Of a stretch of 58,201 bases of DNA, positions 1 to 12,340 are shown piece by piece. Each line of letters starts with the position of its first letter. Positions within the stretch are counted from its first letter, which is position 1. The DNA comes from Rhina ancylostomus. Its lineage: Eukaryota. The notes below the pieces were generated by a model that saw nothing but the letters and a program-made list of their open reading frames with translations, was not told where the DNA came from and did not search any database. Made by a program: the position numbers and the translations under genes. The DNA lies in assembly GCA_030265395.1 (NCBI GenBank), contig JARFYF010000001.1:97084241-97142441 (forward strand), read 5' to 3'.

Positions 1-370
1 TGAATAAAAGCAAGTTTTTTTTCACATTCCCTTTCACATTTATTTCCCTTTGCTTTAAATCTCTGTCTCATGATGCTTGAACCATTCCCTAATGGCAGCA
101 GCTTCCATATCAAACCCACGTAGTTCTGATCAAAATTCTAAATATGATCCCCAGGTCTCTCTCCCCATGTCTGTGCCCCACCCCCAGTGTTCCCACTGCT
201 ATGAAAATCTTCTCGTTCTGTTTTAAGTGCATTCAAAATTAAAGTTAGTAGCCATAAACAAATAGCAATCACTAAAAAACCGCTCTCTGAGGTTGAACAG
301 GGAAGGAATCAATGTGGTGTCGAGCGGTGATGTAGATGCAGAGGTTAGATGTGAAATCAGTTTGGGTAGA

Positions 371-496
371 AACAGAACATAAAACATTACAGCAAAGTAC
401 AGGCCCTACGGCCCACAATGTTGTGCCGACCTTTTAACCTACTCTAAGATCTATCTAACCATTCCACCTCACATCCCCCTCCATTTTTCTATATTC
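371..496 (-). mobile_element. CR1/HER1-type LINE 3' end
   Basis: Reverse complement of a (TATGTTC)-type tail plus tacaggccc..cggcccacaatgttgtgccgac. Closely similar to the 3' end of the element at 8632-8760. Confidence 0.8.
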
Positions 497-573
497 AAAA
501 TGTTCAAATGCAAGGGAAAGACATAGGTGGGAGTAATCTATAGACTCCCAAGACATTTCTTCCTGATTGGACA

Positions 574-965
574 GTCAAAATCAAATTTATTGTCATATGC
601 ATAAGTCCATGTGTGCACAGTTGCAATGCAAAACTTACTTGCAGCAGCATCACAGGCACAGAGCATCAGATACACAACCTTCACAAGACAAACATAAATT
701 AAACATAAACTATACAAAATTACAAAAACAAAGTTCATTGTAGTGCAAAGTGGTCAATGTGTTGCTATACTAAGGTAGTGATTAGGGTTGTGCAGGTTGG
801 TTCAGGAAGTGAATGGTTGAAGGGAAGTAGCTGGTGGTGTGGGACTTCAGGCTTGGGTACCTCCTGCCCAATGGGAGCTGCGAGAAGATGGCACAGCCTG
901 GATGGTGGGGATCTTTGATGATGGATGTTGCCTTCTTGAGGTAGAACTTCATGTAGATACATAGC
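574..965 (-). mobile_element. Rex-Babar-like LINE 3' fragment
   Basis: Minus-strand peptide KKATSIIKDPHHPGCAIFSQLPLGRRYPSLKSHTTSYFPSTIHFLN matches the Rex1/Babar ORF C-terminus (DPHHPGH.LF..LPSGRRY). A short repeat tail (aataaatttgattttga) follows. Confidence 0.8.
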
Positions 966-989
966 ATGAATGGGGAAATATCAAAGGCA

Positions 990-1726
990 TGTAAGAAGGG
1001 AACTGAAATTATCGTAACATTTTAATCTGCATATCGATTGGACTAATGAAACTGCAAGGGTACCGTAACAGGGGAATTTGTGGAGTGTTTCTTAGGGATT
1101 GATTCTTAGAGCACTTTGTTACAGAACCTAATTGGGAACAGGTAATTAGATTTAATCATATATAATGAGGTAGGATTAATAAGATATCTTGTGGTTAAGG
1201 TTACCTGAGAAATAAGGATCATAGCATGGCAAAGTTCCAGATACAGATTGAGAGTGAACACCCCAGATCCAAAACCAGTGTTCCCGACTTCAATAAGGTG
1301 GAAGTTGTCTGTAGTGAAATTTGTAAACAGGCCAAGGTATAGGTCAGTGGATTAAAAGGGGCAGATGTTTAAGTAGCCTGTTTATAATGTGCAGCAGAAA
1401 TTTATCCCAGTTAGAAAGAGGGATTCAGTGAGAAAGATGAACCATCCATGGTTAACAATAGAGATCAGAGAAAATATCATATCAAAGACTCGAGTTTAGG
1501 ACATGGCAAGGGCTAGTTTTAGACCAGAAACCAGCAGGAGCATAATAAAAAGCGAATTAGGAGGGAGAAAGTTGATCACGAGAGAATACTGGCGGGTAAT
1601 ATCAAAATAAAAAGAGGTTCTGTGGATAAATTAAAATGAAGTTGATAGCTAGGGTAGGTGTGGGAGCCCAGCAGCATGAAAAAGTGGAATGGGTAATGAC
1701 AAAGAAGGAAACAACAGACAAGTTAA
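990..1726 (+). mobile_element. Degraded CR1 ORF2 fragment (end of endonuclease and linker)
   Basis: gaatttgtggagtgtttc...ttagagcactttgttacagaaccta... resembles the CR1 motif EF.EC..D.FL.Q.V.EPTR..A.LDL. Many stops and frameshifts. Confidence 0.65.
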
Positions 1727-1826
1727 NNNNNNNNNNNNNNNNNNNNNNNNNNNNNNNNNNNNNNNNNNNNNNNNNNNNNNNNNNNNNNNNNNNNNNNNNN
1801 NNNNNNNNNNNNNNNNNNNNNNNNNN

Positions 1827-3800
1827 CACCATCTCACCCCGCCACGATGCTCTACAACCCTCTCATATCTCTTCACAACCTCCTTTCCTCCAAGGTGAAA
1901 TGACCCCAGCTTCTCCAGCCTAATCTTGCAACCATTCCAGTAATTATTTTCTGCACTCTCTCCAAGACTCACATTCTTCCAAAAGTGTGGCAACCAGAAT
2001 GTATTGCACTGGTTCAATATAACTTCTCTGTTTTTGTATCCCATCCTCTTTTTATGAATCCCAAGATCCCATGTGCTTTACTGATTATTCTCTCCACTTT
2101 CAAGGATGTACACACATATATACTGTTGCTGTTCCTGCATCCCTTTTGCAACTGTGCCACTTTTTCTCTGCTGTCCCCTTCACTTTCCCATATTAAATTT
2201 TATTTCCTTATTCTCTGCTCTGACTATGTATTCTTGCAATCTGTACTATTCTCCTTGCCGTTTACCATATTTCCAGGCATCTTCTGCAAATTTGGAATTT
2301 TTACCCTGCACACCAATTCCAAGCAGCGATCACAAGGATCATCACTGTCTCCCATCCTCCAATCTTTTCACTTCTTCTCTCAGCTTTCTGGTTTCAAGCC
2401 AGGTTCCTGTGCATGCTGCTAATGACCTATTAATTCCAAGGGCTTCAATTTTGCTCAAAGGCTTTTGGGGTAGCTGGGGGCATTTTATCCAATGCCTTCC
2501 GAAAATCCATATACCCATGTATATGAATGATCTCCCATAATTTTATTAAGCTCAAAAGCATTTGTTTCCACAAATGGCATAACTTGTTTCCCCTCTCTCT
2601 CTGTACTCTTCGTAATTGTTCTTTCTTATTTGTCTTATGTGCTTTTGATGGCATTCATTACAATGCCATAGAGGCATGGTTACAGTATAGAGTGAGTTTT
2701 GTGTGTTGTTCGACTTATGGACCTCTGTAAAACCGGAGCCCATTTGTTAGCCAGGGATGGCCTGTAAATGACATCTTCTGAATTTTATTCATCAGCCTTC
2801 TCCATTACCTACTCAAAAATTTCAATCAAGTTAGTCAAACATGAATCACCTTGAACAATGCTGGTTCCCCTTNNNNNNNNNNATGTCAATTAATGATTAT
2901 TGTTTCTAAAATTTTCCACAAGTGAGGTTAAACTCCTTGGCCTGTAGTTTAATGTCACACCCCTTTTTTGAACATTTGCCATTTTTTGGGTCATTGACAC
3001 CAGACCTACCCTGTATCCAATGACAACTGGAAGAATATGACAAGATCTCTGCAATCACCAACCACACTTCCCCAAGGAACCTTGAATGCATGTCATCTCA
3101 TCCTGGTGACTTGTTTACTTTAAGCGTGGTCAGTATTCTTTGTACATCCTACTCATCACTTTTCACCACATTCACTATTTCAACAACCTTACTTTCTTAC
3201 CCGTATTTTGAGAGCATTCTCTTTTTTTTGGTAAACATTAATATAATTTACTCAATTAGCATTCCAGCTATACTTTCTGCTTCAATGCATAGCTTCCCTT
3301 TATCCCTAATTGGTGCCATCCCTCTTCCTCCTTAACTCTTAACACTTGTGACAATGGGAAACTTTTGGATTCCCCTTTTATGTTGACTGTCATTCTCTTC
3401 CCATATTCTCTCTTTGTTTATCTTGATTTTCTTTTCACTTCCTCGCTCAATTTATTACATGCAGCCCAGTTTTCATTTGAATTATTCACCGGACACTTAT
3501 CTTTTCCCTTTTATCATCTTTTCCAATCTCCTTTGCTGCCCCATAGAGCTCTGGCTTTGTCACCCTTTTTCCCCTTATGAGAACATATTTAGCTTTTATC
3601 TGAAACATCTGCTCATTAAAATGGTTTATTAGTTTTACCTACTGGTATTCAATTCCACTTTATCCTCACTAGGTCCTTTTAATTCCGTTGAAGTGACCCT
3701 CCTCCAATTTACTTTGGATTTCTCCTTGCCTCTCTCTGTTATTAGTCTAAACTTTCTGATCTAATTGTAACTGCTCTCCAAGCATTCTCCATTGGCATTA
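1827..3800 (-). mobile_element. Degraded CR1 ORF2 (RT region), interrupted
   Basis: Minus-strand GYKNREVILN..FWLPHF.K.V (CR1 RT C-terminus) and MDFRKALDKMP (YLDF.KAFDKVP motif) near 2500. Pyrimidine-rich + strand continues to about 3800. Confidence 0.7.
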
Positions 3801-5018
3801 CCTGAATCAGTAATGCCACAACTAATTTAACATTTTTAACAATTGTACATCATTTAATTGAAAATCACAAATCTAGCCAACAAATGTAGAAGAGATCACC
3901 GGCTTTTTTCACATCCACTGTGTAGATAGATCCAACTAAAATTAGCCATAAGATATTTTCTAAGTAATTACATAGTATTCACACCTGAAAACATAAATTT
4001 CATTCTTGGAAAGTTGGCACATTCAGAGTATAGCTGAGCAGTTCACGCAAGTACGCAAATCTAATAGAAACATCACATTATTGCATTTGCTTTCACCTTG
4101 GCTGCCATTAAGTTCTGCAGGCCTGAACAAGACAAAAGAAAGATTTTAGATAATGTGAGATTCAACTATGTAGGCTCAAAATCTCCCACAGCAATGCTAG
4201 AAATAAGATCTATCTGTCTGGAATGATACCCAGTTAATACATACCAAGCCATTATTCCAATTTGCATTTACTTGAAGATTATCATAAATTATAAATTATC
4301 AGCCTGACTGAGGTTGACTCTACCTTACAACAAACTTAATTTGCATTATCTTAACCTAGTATAGCTTCCAATTCAGTCAAAAATAAATTGCTGCAAAACC
4401 AAAATTATAATATCTCTCAATTTACTTTGTTGATGAATGCTAATTACCTCTATTATGTGCAAGTTATTATCTTCCTTTTTGTGCCACTCACCTTAATTGA
4501 ATTATTGTATTGATAATTTGTTACTAATGTGTGGATGTCATGACACACAAAGTGGGATACTGAATTAATTAGTAGATAATCAGTTATCATCCCACGCAAA
4601 CTCTCATGGCAAACAGTTGATTTGCAGTTCCTTTTAGATTTAAATCCTGGACAACAATTAATGCAATGTTCTTTAATTATTAAAATGTTTTCTAATCTTC
4701 TGCCAAATTGGTGCCAGTATCTAGTTGGTCTGTTGATTAGTTCCAGTCTTGCTTCCTGGAAAATAGATTAGATGGGATGTTAGGGTGGGTGACTTGTTTT
4801 ATCAAATCTTTATGTGTTATATTAATTCATAAATGGATGAATGTTATTTGGGCATCTGTCAATCTATCCCAATGGTCTCATGGAATATCAAGTAGATTAA
4901 AAAATGTTGTCCCATAGCAAATCAGTCCTATTGATGCAATCCAGAGGTAAAATTAGCTTGATTAAAGTTCCATCTACAGCTGGCAGATGAATTACAGTGA
5001 TTTATGGTTATCTATCTC

Positions 5019-5060
5019 ATATATATGTATATTATATATATATATATATATATATATGTA
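5019..5060. repeat. (TA)n microsatellite
   Basis: Direct reading: atatatatgtatattatatatatatatatatatatatatgta. Confidence 0.95.
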
Positions 5061-5151
5061 CTGAATAGCATTGACATTAAATTGAAGGCAGACATACATT
5101 TTTGTTCATGAGCTGACATGCAGGAAATACACACAATTTGTACTCCTCAAA

Positions 5152-5220
5152 GAATCATAGAATCGTACAGTATGGCAACAGGCCATTTGGCCCAACTTGT
5201 CCATGCTGACCAGTGGGCAC
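5152..5220 (-). mobile_element. HE1 SINE/HER1 LINE 3' tail fragment
   Basis: gaatcatagaatcgtacagtatggcaacaggccatttggcccaacttgtccatgctgacc is the reverse complement of the shared HE1/HER1-type tail. Confidence 0.75.
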
Positions 5221-5387
5221 CTTATAATCATTGCTTATTATCATTCAGTTTCTCCAAGGCCACATCAGCCCACATCAATAACTGAAGAATGCAGTGATAT
5301 AATAAGTGGTATGATTAAGAATAAAAACAAACTCACAGCCATAAATGGTAAAGGGCAGGGCTGTATTAAGGTACACTGATAATTTTT

Positions 5388-6454
5388 TAATTTAGTTGGC
5401 CCCTCAATACTGAAGGTGACTTGCTTTCACTCCAGTTTTGTGGTGACCGATGAAGCCAGTGTGGGACAGAAAGGCGGGAATGGCCTGATAGGACAGACGC
5501 TGGGTAGTTGTGAGCTGGTGTGCTTCTTCTGCCATTTATGTCAGGCTTCCTTCTACTTGAGATGCATGGACTATGGTTCTCAATGTCATTCAGAATGCTC
5601 TTCCTCCATTTTGAGCTCTCCTGGGCCACAGATCCTCAGGAGTCAGTGGAGATGCTGCATTTTTCAAGCAGCCTTGAGAGCACTGTTAAATCTTCTCCTC
5701 TGTCCACCTGGGAATCTTTTGTTGTGACAGAGCTTGGAAGAAAGTGTCTATTTCAGGAGTCTGAGGGCAGGCATGCAAGTAATTCAGCCTGCCCAACTGG
5801 GCGTCAGAATTTAATTATTGCTGGGGATATTTGCCTGGGAGAGGACACTGATGCTGGTTCATTTAGCTTGCCAGTGTACTTGCATGATTTCATAGAGACA
5901 ACTTAAGTGATCTCTCATCAGTGCCTTGAGATGATGCTTTAGTGCAAGGTAGTACAGGTGTCAAAAGCAGGGATCAGTGCAGCCTGGTTGTCAGTGAGTT
6001 TTGTGCTGGGTTTGAGTCCTTGTTCTTCAAATACCCTTTCCCTCAGATGACCAAAGACTCTGATGGAGCACTGATGGTGAGGCTGAAGTTTATCATCATC
6101 ATGGAATGCAGACTGGTGTCAAGAAAAATTGTGTCATTGCACCAATACTTTTTCAATCTTTCCTGACACAATGCTGCCCCTCAGCTCCAATAAGCTTTCC
6201 TCTAGGAATCTGTTCAACCTGTGTCACCTCCACTTCAGAACTAAGGTCACCAAAATTCAGTAGTCAAGCTGCAATATGCAGACAACACTTGTGCTTACAC
6301 ATGTTCAGAGACCAGATTTCAAGTCAGCAACTCACACACTGAAACAAATGAGACGATGCACCCAACATTTGCAAAACAGCGAATCTCGACCAACCCACCC
6401 TCACTGTAGTGAGTCCCTGAATATCTTGGAAGCCATCCCTCAGTGAAAACGGAC
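5388..6454 (-). mobile_element. RTE (BovB-like) LINE, 5'-truncated, with inverted 5' segment (6104-6454 on +)
   Basis: The minus strand from about 6102 to 5390 reads DD..QH...AFG.LRKRVF...LKPSTKL through to an RTE 3' end (ggagtgaaagcaagtcaccttc). The plus strand from 6104 to 6454 reads TGVK..CVIAP.LF, LQYAD and YLGSHPSVKTD. Confidence 0.85.
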
Positions 6455-6867
6455 CAATTAGGACTATTCCTGTCATCTGTCTATGCTGCTTTCCCCCTTT
6501 TACTTTTCAGTTAAGTGCATTTTTTTCTGGAAACTACTTAGAAATGCAGAATCCTAAAGAAGGGTAAATGTAGGCTTGTCTCTGTTTTAATTTAACAACT
6601 CTCTTAACCTTATGGAACATTTTGGGGCATACACAAATCCAGTGGATGATTATGTATGGTGCAATTGACAGAGAGACGCCTGTGTCACCTGTTACCCAAG
6701 TCACCTGTTACTCAGCGGACTGACAGTGTGTAGTGTCTCAGAATGACTCACATCTGTGGAACTATGAAGGGGATGTTTGTCCCAACCTGTTAAATGCTCC
6801 TGAGATATTTCCCATTTAACTATCAAGCTGTGATAGGATCAAGCCTGCAAAGTGTCATCAGGCAGAG

Positions 6868-7400
6868 GGTCATAGAATGGAGCAGCAGATCAGGAAGCCG
6901 TTCAGTCCGTTTTGCACTTGTCTTCTCTTTATTCAAATATCCAGTTAATCTCACTCCTGTTCTTTCTCATTCCTGTGTACTTATTTCCTTAAGATATTTA
7001 TGTAACCCTCTTTTGAGTGTTACAGCTGATTATTTTTTCATCGCCCTGTCCAGAAATGCATTCCAGATCAGAATTTACAGTGTAAAGAAAGCAAATTTCT
7101 TCATGTCATTCTGGCTCTTTTGATAATCACGATCTGTGTATCCTTTGGTTACAAATCCTTCTGTCACTGGAAGCAGTTTCCTTCATCTTCTATCATGCAA
7201 CTCATAATTTTGAACATCTTTATTGAATTTCCTCTTAACCTTTGATCCACTGACATAGACAGTTTCTGCATTCTCTCCACATAAATGAAGTCTTGCTCCA
7301 TTCTAATAAATCCCTCCTTTACTCTCACAAAAATCTTGATATCTGAAGTGTGGTGTCTAAACTGAACACAAAAATTCTAGCTGAGACCTAAGCAGTTTTG
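6868..7400 (-). mobile_element. Degraded CR1 3' fragment
   Basis: catagaa...gcagcagatcaggaagccgttcagtcc tail, followed by gcattccagatc...tgtaaagaaa and other CR1 ORF2-end similarity. Confidence 0.6.
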
Positions 7401-8631
7401 TTTTCAGGTAAACACTTCTACTTCTGTGAATCACCAGTGCTGGAGGGACTGTTATCCGAGTGGTTTGGGGCAGAAACACATGGAGCAGGTCCTTAGTCCA
7501 GGCTCTTTCATGTCACATTGATCACTAAAAGCCTCACTGCAAAGTACAAGAAAAATTTTTGGGCTTTATCTTCCTTCTTTTTTCTCTGTTTCACTTCCTC
7601 TGAGAGCAATAATTGTGATGAATTTGAAGGAAAGTGGGGTGAAGCTAAGAATGACTCATCTTGAGGTTTGGAAATAAAGCAGGCAGTGAAGGATGAGGAA
7701 GCTCTTAGCCATCTGCTGTTCTACAAGGATGTGATGGGATTTGCTGTTCTGCACTGATTAGCTGTCATCAACTCTGTCTTATTAATCTTTCAACCTACCA
7801 CAGCCAGAACAAGATTTTTCTGCTGGTGGGTTTCTTGCCTCTCTTTCCTGAGATGCCTGCTCAACGGTTGACTAGGCCCAGCATAACTGCATTAATTGGC
7901 CCTAATTTTCCATATGGAAGATAGAGCAAAATAAATTCCCTGCTCCCCGTATCCCCTTGAAATCATCTCCCACCACCTAATTCTTTAGCCTGCACTATTC
8001 AGTGAGGCCACCTAAGTAAACAATTCTCTTTATCCACTGTCCCTTTTGGGTCTCTTGCCTCCCAACTGTTGTGATGGTGGTCACACAGGTACACCACTAC
8101 ATTTGCCAACCACACCAGCAGTAAAGTCCCACTTGTGATGGGAATCCCACCCAAGCCCCACTCCACAACACCTGACCCCCTCCAAAGAAAATGGGTTAAG
8201 GTTATACTGGTCTCTGGGTGGCATCAAAAATCCTGTCTTGCCACAGTACCACCACAAAGGAAATCAAAGCACCTAAGTCACTGAAGTTCATAGCAAGACA
8301 TCTACAAGCGGTGTCACCTTCGATAAGCTTGTTACATTGAATGAAAGGGACTTTACAGAAATAACCATGTACTAACCCTTTCATGAGTTATGTATCCATT
8401 TAAGAGACCATTCAATAATAGACTGTTTTGCAGCTGTACTTTCCAAATTCATGTTTAAGATGAGATGACTTTTAATATCTAAAATTATCTGCTGTGATTG
8501 GGCTAATGGGTAGGTGCTACATGGGCTCATGGTGATATACCTGAAGTAGAGAATAAATATAGCCATTAATTGCAGCTACACAAATGTTTATTTTGTGTTG
8601 TTATTTTAATTGTACTTTCCTTCATCCAGAT

Positions 8632-9935
8632 GAACATGGAACATAGAACACTACAGCACGTACAGGCCCTTTGGCCTATAACGTTGTGCCAGCATTTTAT
8701 CCTGCTCTAAGATCTATCTAACCCTTCCCTCCCACAGAACCCTCTGTTTCTCTTTCATTCATATAGCTATCTAAGAGTCTCTTAAATGTCCCTAATGTGT
8801 CTGCCCCCACAACCTCTGCCAGCAGTGCATTCCACGCACCCACCACTCTCTGTGTAAAAAAGTTTACCTCTGACATCCCCCTTATACCTTCCTCCAATCA
8901 CCTTAAAATTGTGTCCCCTCATGTTAGTCATTTTCACCCTGGGGTAAAGGTCTCTGACTGTCCACTCGATCTGTGCCTCTTATCATGCTTTGCACCTCTA
9001 CCAAGGCACCTCTTGTCCTCCTTCTCTCCAAAGAGGAAAGCCCTAGCTCACTCAACCTATCCTCATAAGACATGCACTCAAATCCGGGCAGCATCCTGGT
9101 AAATCTCCTCTGCACCCTATCTAAATCTTCCACATTCCTTCCATAATGAGGCGACCAGAACCGTACACAATACTCCAAGAATGGTCTACCAGAATTCTAC
9201 AGAGCTGCAATATTACCTCGTGGCTCTTGAACTCAATACCCCGACTAATGAAGGCCAACATACCATACACCTTCTTAACAACCCTATCGACCTGCACAGC
9301 AACCTTGAGGGATCTATAGATGTGGACTCCAAGATCCATCTGTTCCTCCACACTGCTAAGAGTCCTGCCATTAACCTTGTATTCTGCCTTCAAATTTGAT
9401 CTTCCAAAGTGTATCACTTCACACTTGTCCAGGTTGAACTCCATCTGCCACTTCTCAGCCCAGGTCTGCATCCTATCAATGTTGTCATCTACAGCAACCT
9501 TCTACACTATCCACAACACCATCAACCTTCGTGTCATCTGCAAACCTACTAACCCTCCCTTCCACATCCTCATCCAAGTCACAAAGAGCAGGGGTCCCAG
9601 AACAGATCCCTGCAGAACACTGCTGGTCACCGACCTCCAGGCAGAATATGCTCCATCTACCACCACCCTCTGTGTTCTATGGGTGAGCCAATTCTGAATC
9701 CACACAGCCAAGTTTCCCTGGATCCCGTGCCTCCTGACTTTCTGAATGAGTCTTCCATGAGGAATCTTATCAAACACCTTACTAAAATCCATGTATATCA
9801 CATCCAGTGGTCTACCTTCATCAATGTGCTTTGTCACATCCTCAAAGAACTCAGTCAGGCTCATGAGGCACAACCCGCCCCTCACAACGCCATGCTGACT
9901 GTCCCTAATCAGCCTATGTTTCTCCATAGATGGTA
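8632..9935 (-). mobile_element. CR1/HER1 LINE, 5'-truncated RT half with 3' tail (best-preserved LINE in the window)
   Basis: Overlapping minus-strand ORFs SQHGVVRG..C...L.EFFEDVTK.IDEG..DVIYMDFSKVFDKIPHGRL, SVLQGSVLGPLLF, WAEKWQMEFNLDKCEVIHFG and EYCVRFWSPHY..LDRVQRRFTRMLPG. Frameshifted, with a (tgttcta)n tail. Confidence 0.95.
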
Positions 9936-10069
9936 ATACATATTGGGGTGGAAATTCGTCCTCAGTCACTGGCACAAAACATACAACTTAATAATGGCTC
10001 TGCTTCTGAAAAATTCTGATCTGCTGAAGATATTTATATCATTTATCAACTGCTGTAGATGGACTAGAA

Positions 10070-12340
10070 GTGGGCAAGGTAGAAATTGGGAGTTGATGGA
10101 AACCATTGGAGTCCATGGCAACCGCATTTGCCGTAAGTGCCAGTACCTGCTGATAGAGGGATGGCAACTCAGAGCTGAGGATCTGGAGTCCAAGATTTAG
10201 ACATGGTGATGTATCAGGGAGGGGAAAATTACCGGGACACTTTGCTGAAAGTGCAAAGGCATGATGCATGAGTGGGCTATGGTGGATAGGGAAACTACAT
10301 GAAACAGTATGACTGCATCAATGCACAACTGTTACAGAATTAATACAAAATTTACAAGTCATGTATACCCTTCAAGGCAAAAAATCTCTGAAAATTTGTG
10401 CAGCCTTGGCTGTCAAGAGAAATTTAAAATGGTTTTAAATCAATGGGAAAGACTTAAAGCAGTGTCAAAAACAAAGCAGTAACACTGGGGATTGGGAACA
10501 TTTCAGAATTTAGCAAAGGAAGACTCAGACATGAAACAGGAAAGGAAAAATAGAATACAATAGTATGGTCACGAGAAACATAAAAACAGATTGTAAGAGC
10601 TTCTGTTGATGTAAAAAGGAAAAGATTAGTAAAATTTAATTCAGGGTATTTACAGACTGACTTATTGGGGAATCGGAAAATGGCAGAAAATTAAACAAAT
10701 ATTTTGCATATGTCCTCACAGAAGAAGTCACAGAAAACTTCCCAGCAATAGTAGAGGGCTACATGTTTGGAATAAATGAAAAGTTCAGGAAATTAATATG
10801 TAAAAATCTAGTCTTGGGGAAAATAATGGAATTAGAAGCTTGATAGATCCCCAGAACCTGATGACCTGCATTCCTGGGTTTTGGAAGAATTAAGTGCAGA
10901 CATGATGGATGCACTGATTGTCATCTTCCAAAATTCCATGGATTCCAGAATAGTTTGGGATGTACTAAATTGAACCCCACTATTTCAGAGAGGAAGTTGA
11001 GAGAAAATAAGAAAATATAGACTAGTTAGGCTGGCATCAATAGTAAGGAAAATGATGGAACCTATTTTTAAGCAAGTGGTAACAGGGCACTTGGAAAATA
11101 AGCACAGGATTGGCCAGAGTCAACATAGTTAATCAATACAAAGTCACGAATGATAAAACCGTTTGAGATTTTTGAGGTTGTCATTTGCAGAATAGATACA
11201 GATGATGAATTGGTGTGGTGTATTTGCGACATTCAATGAAGTGCCATACAAGAAATTATTAGACAAAATTAGAGCAAATATCCATCATGGGTTGATGATT
11301 GATTAAGAGACCAAAAATAGAAAGTAAGAATAAAGGGTCATTTTCAGCTTAGGAGCTTCTAACTGGTGAGGTGAGGTGAGGCAGGGATCATTGCTGGGAC
11401 CTAGTTGTTGACAATTATATATAATGATTTCCATGAGGAAATCAGTTGTAACATATCCATGTTTACTGAAGATACAAACCTGGGTGACAGCATGGGTTTT
11501 GAGGAGGATGCAGAGAAGCTTCAGGGTGAGAAAGTCAAGCTATGACTAGCCAAGGATATGGCATCTGAAATATAAAGTGGAAAAATGTGGGGTCATCCAC
11601 TTTGATCGAATTGAGTATTTTTACAGTGATAAATCCATAAGTATTGTTGCTCAATAAGACCCAAGTGGTCTCATGCATGAATCACTGAAAGTTAGCATGC
11701 AAGTTTGACAAACTGTTAGGAAGGCAACTGGTGGGTTGGCCTTTATTGCAAGAGGATTTGTGTTCAAAAGTAGAGACAGCCTGCCTCAATTATGTAGACT
11801 CCTGGTGAGGCCACATCTGGAATATTGTGTCCAGGTCTGATCTCGCTGCATAAGGAAGGATGTACTTGTGGTAGGAGTGCAGCGAAGATTCCCCAGATTT
11901 ATCCCTGGGATGATGGCTTTGATGTCCAAGAGGAGATGAAGCAGACTAGGCCTCTCTTGTGTTTATAAGATTGAGAGGTGATCTCATTGATACGTAAAAA
12001 AACTCTTAAGGGGCCTAACAGGGTCGATCTGGAGTTACTGCTTCCCCTGGCCGGTGTGCATAGAAGCAGAGATCACAATCTCAAAATAAGGACAGAAATG
12101 AGAAGAAATGTCTTCACCCAGTGGGTGGCGAATCTTTGAAATTCACCACCCAAGAGGTCTGTAGAGGCTCAGTATATTCAAGACAGAGATTGAAAGATTT
12201 TTAAATATTTCAAGGAAATCAACGATACAGGGTTAGTGCAGAAGGTGATGTTGAAGTAAAAGGTCACCATAATCCTGTTGACTGGTGGAGTAGTAGTGAG
12301 GGACCAACTGACCTACTACTTCTTCAAATTCTTATGTTCT
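10070..12340 (+). mobile_element. Degraded CR1 LINE: ORF1 remnant (about 10070-10260), ORF2 RT half and 3' tail
   Basis: NRICRKCQYL...QLRAEDLES resembles the CR1 ORF1 zinc-finger/leucine-zipper region. RT motifs are visible on + (cagagtcaacat.., aggccacatctggaatattgtgtccag = RPHLEYCVQ). Tail ttcttatgttct at about 12330. Confidence 0.85.

Noticed and set aside
6683-6712. gtcacctgttac repeated twice
   Set aside because: A trivial short local duplication, not an array. There is no CRISPR-like repeat-spacer structure anywhere in the window.
8381-8541. Minus-strand acceptor (tctctacttcag) followed by an open frame, and a similar acceptor near 4122
   Set aside because: Unrecognised peptides and no coherent exon chain; expected by chance in AT-rich DNA.
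8924-9975. Reverse-transcriptase ORFs as a novel RT system (retron, DGR or similar)
   Set aside because: Ordinary frameshifted CR1 LINE ORF2 with a typical 3' tail, in vertebrate intronic DNA.
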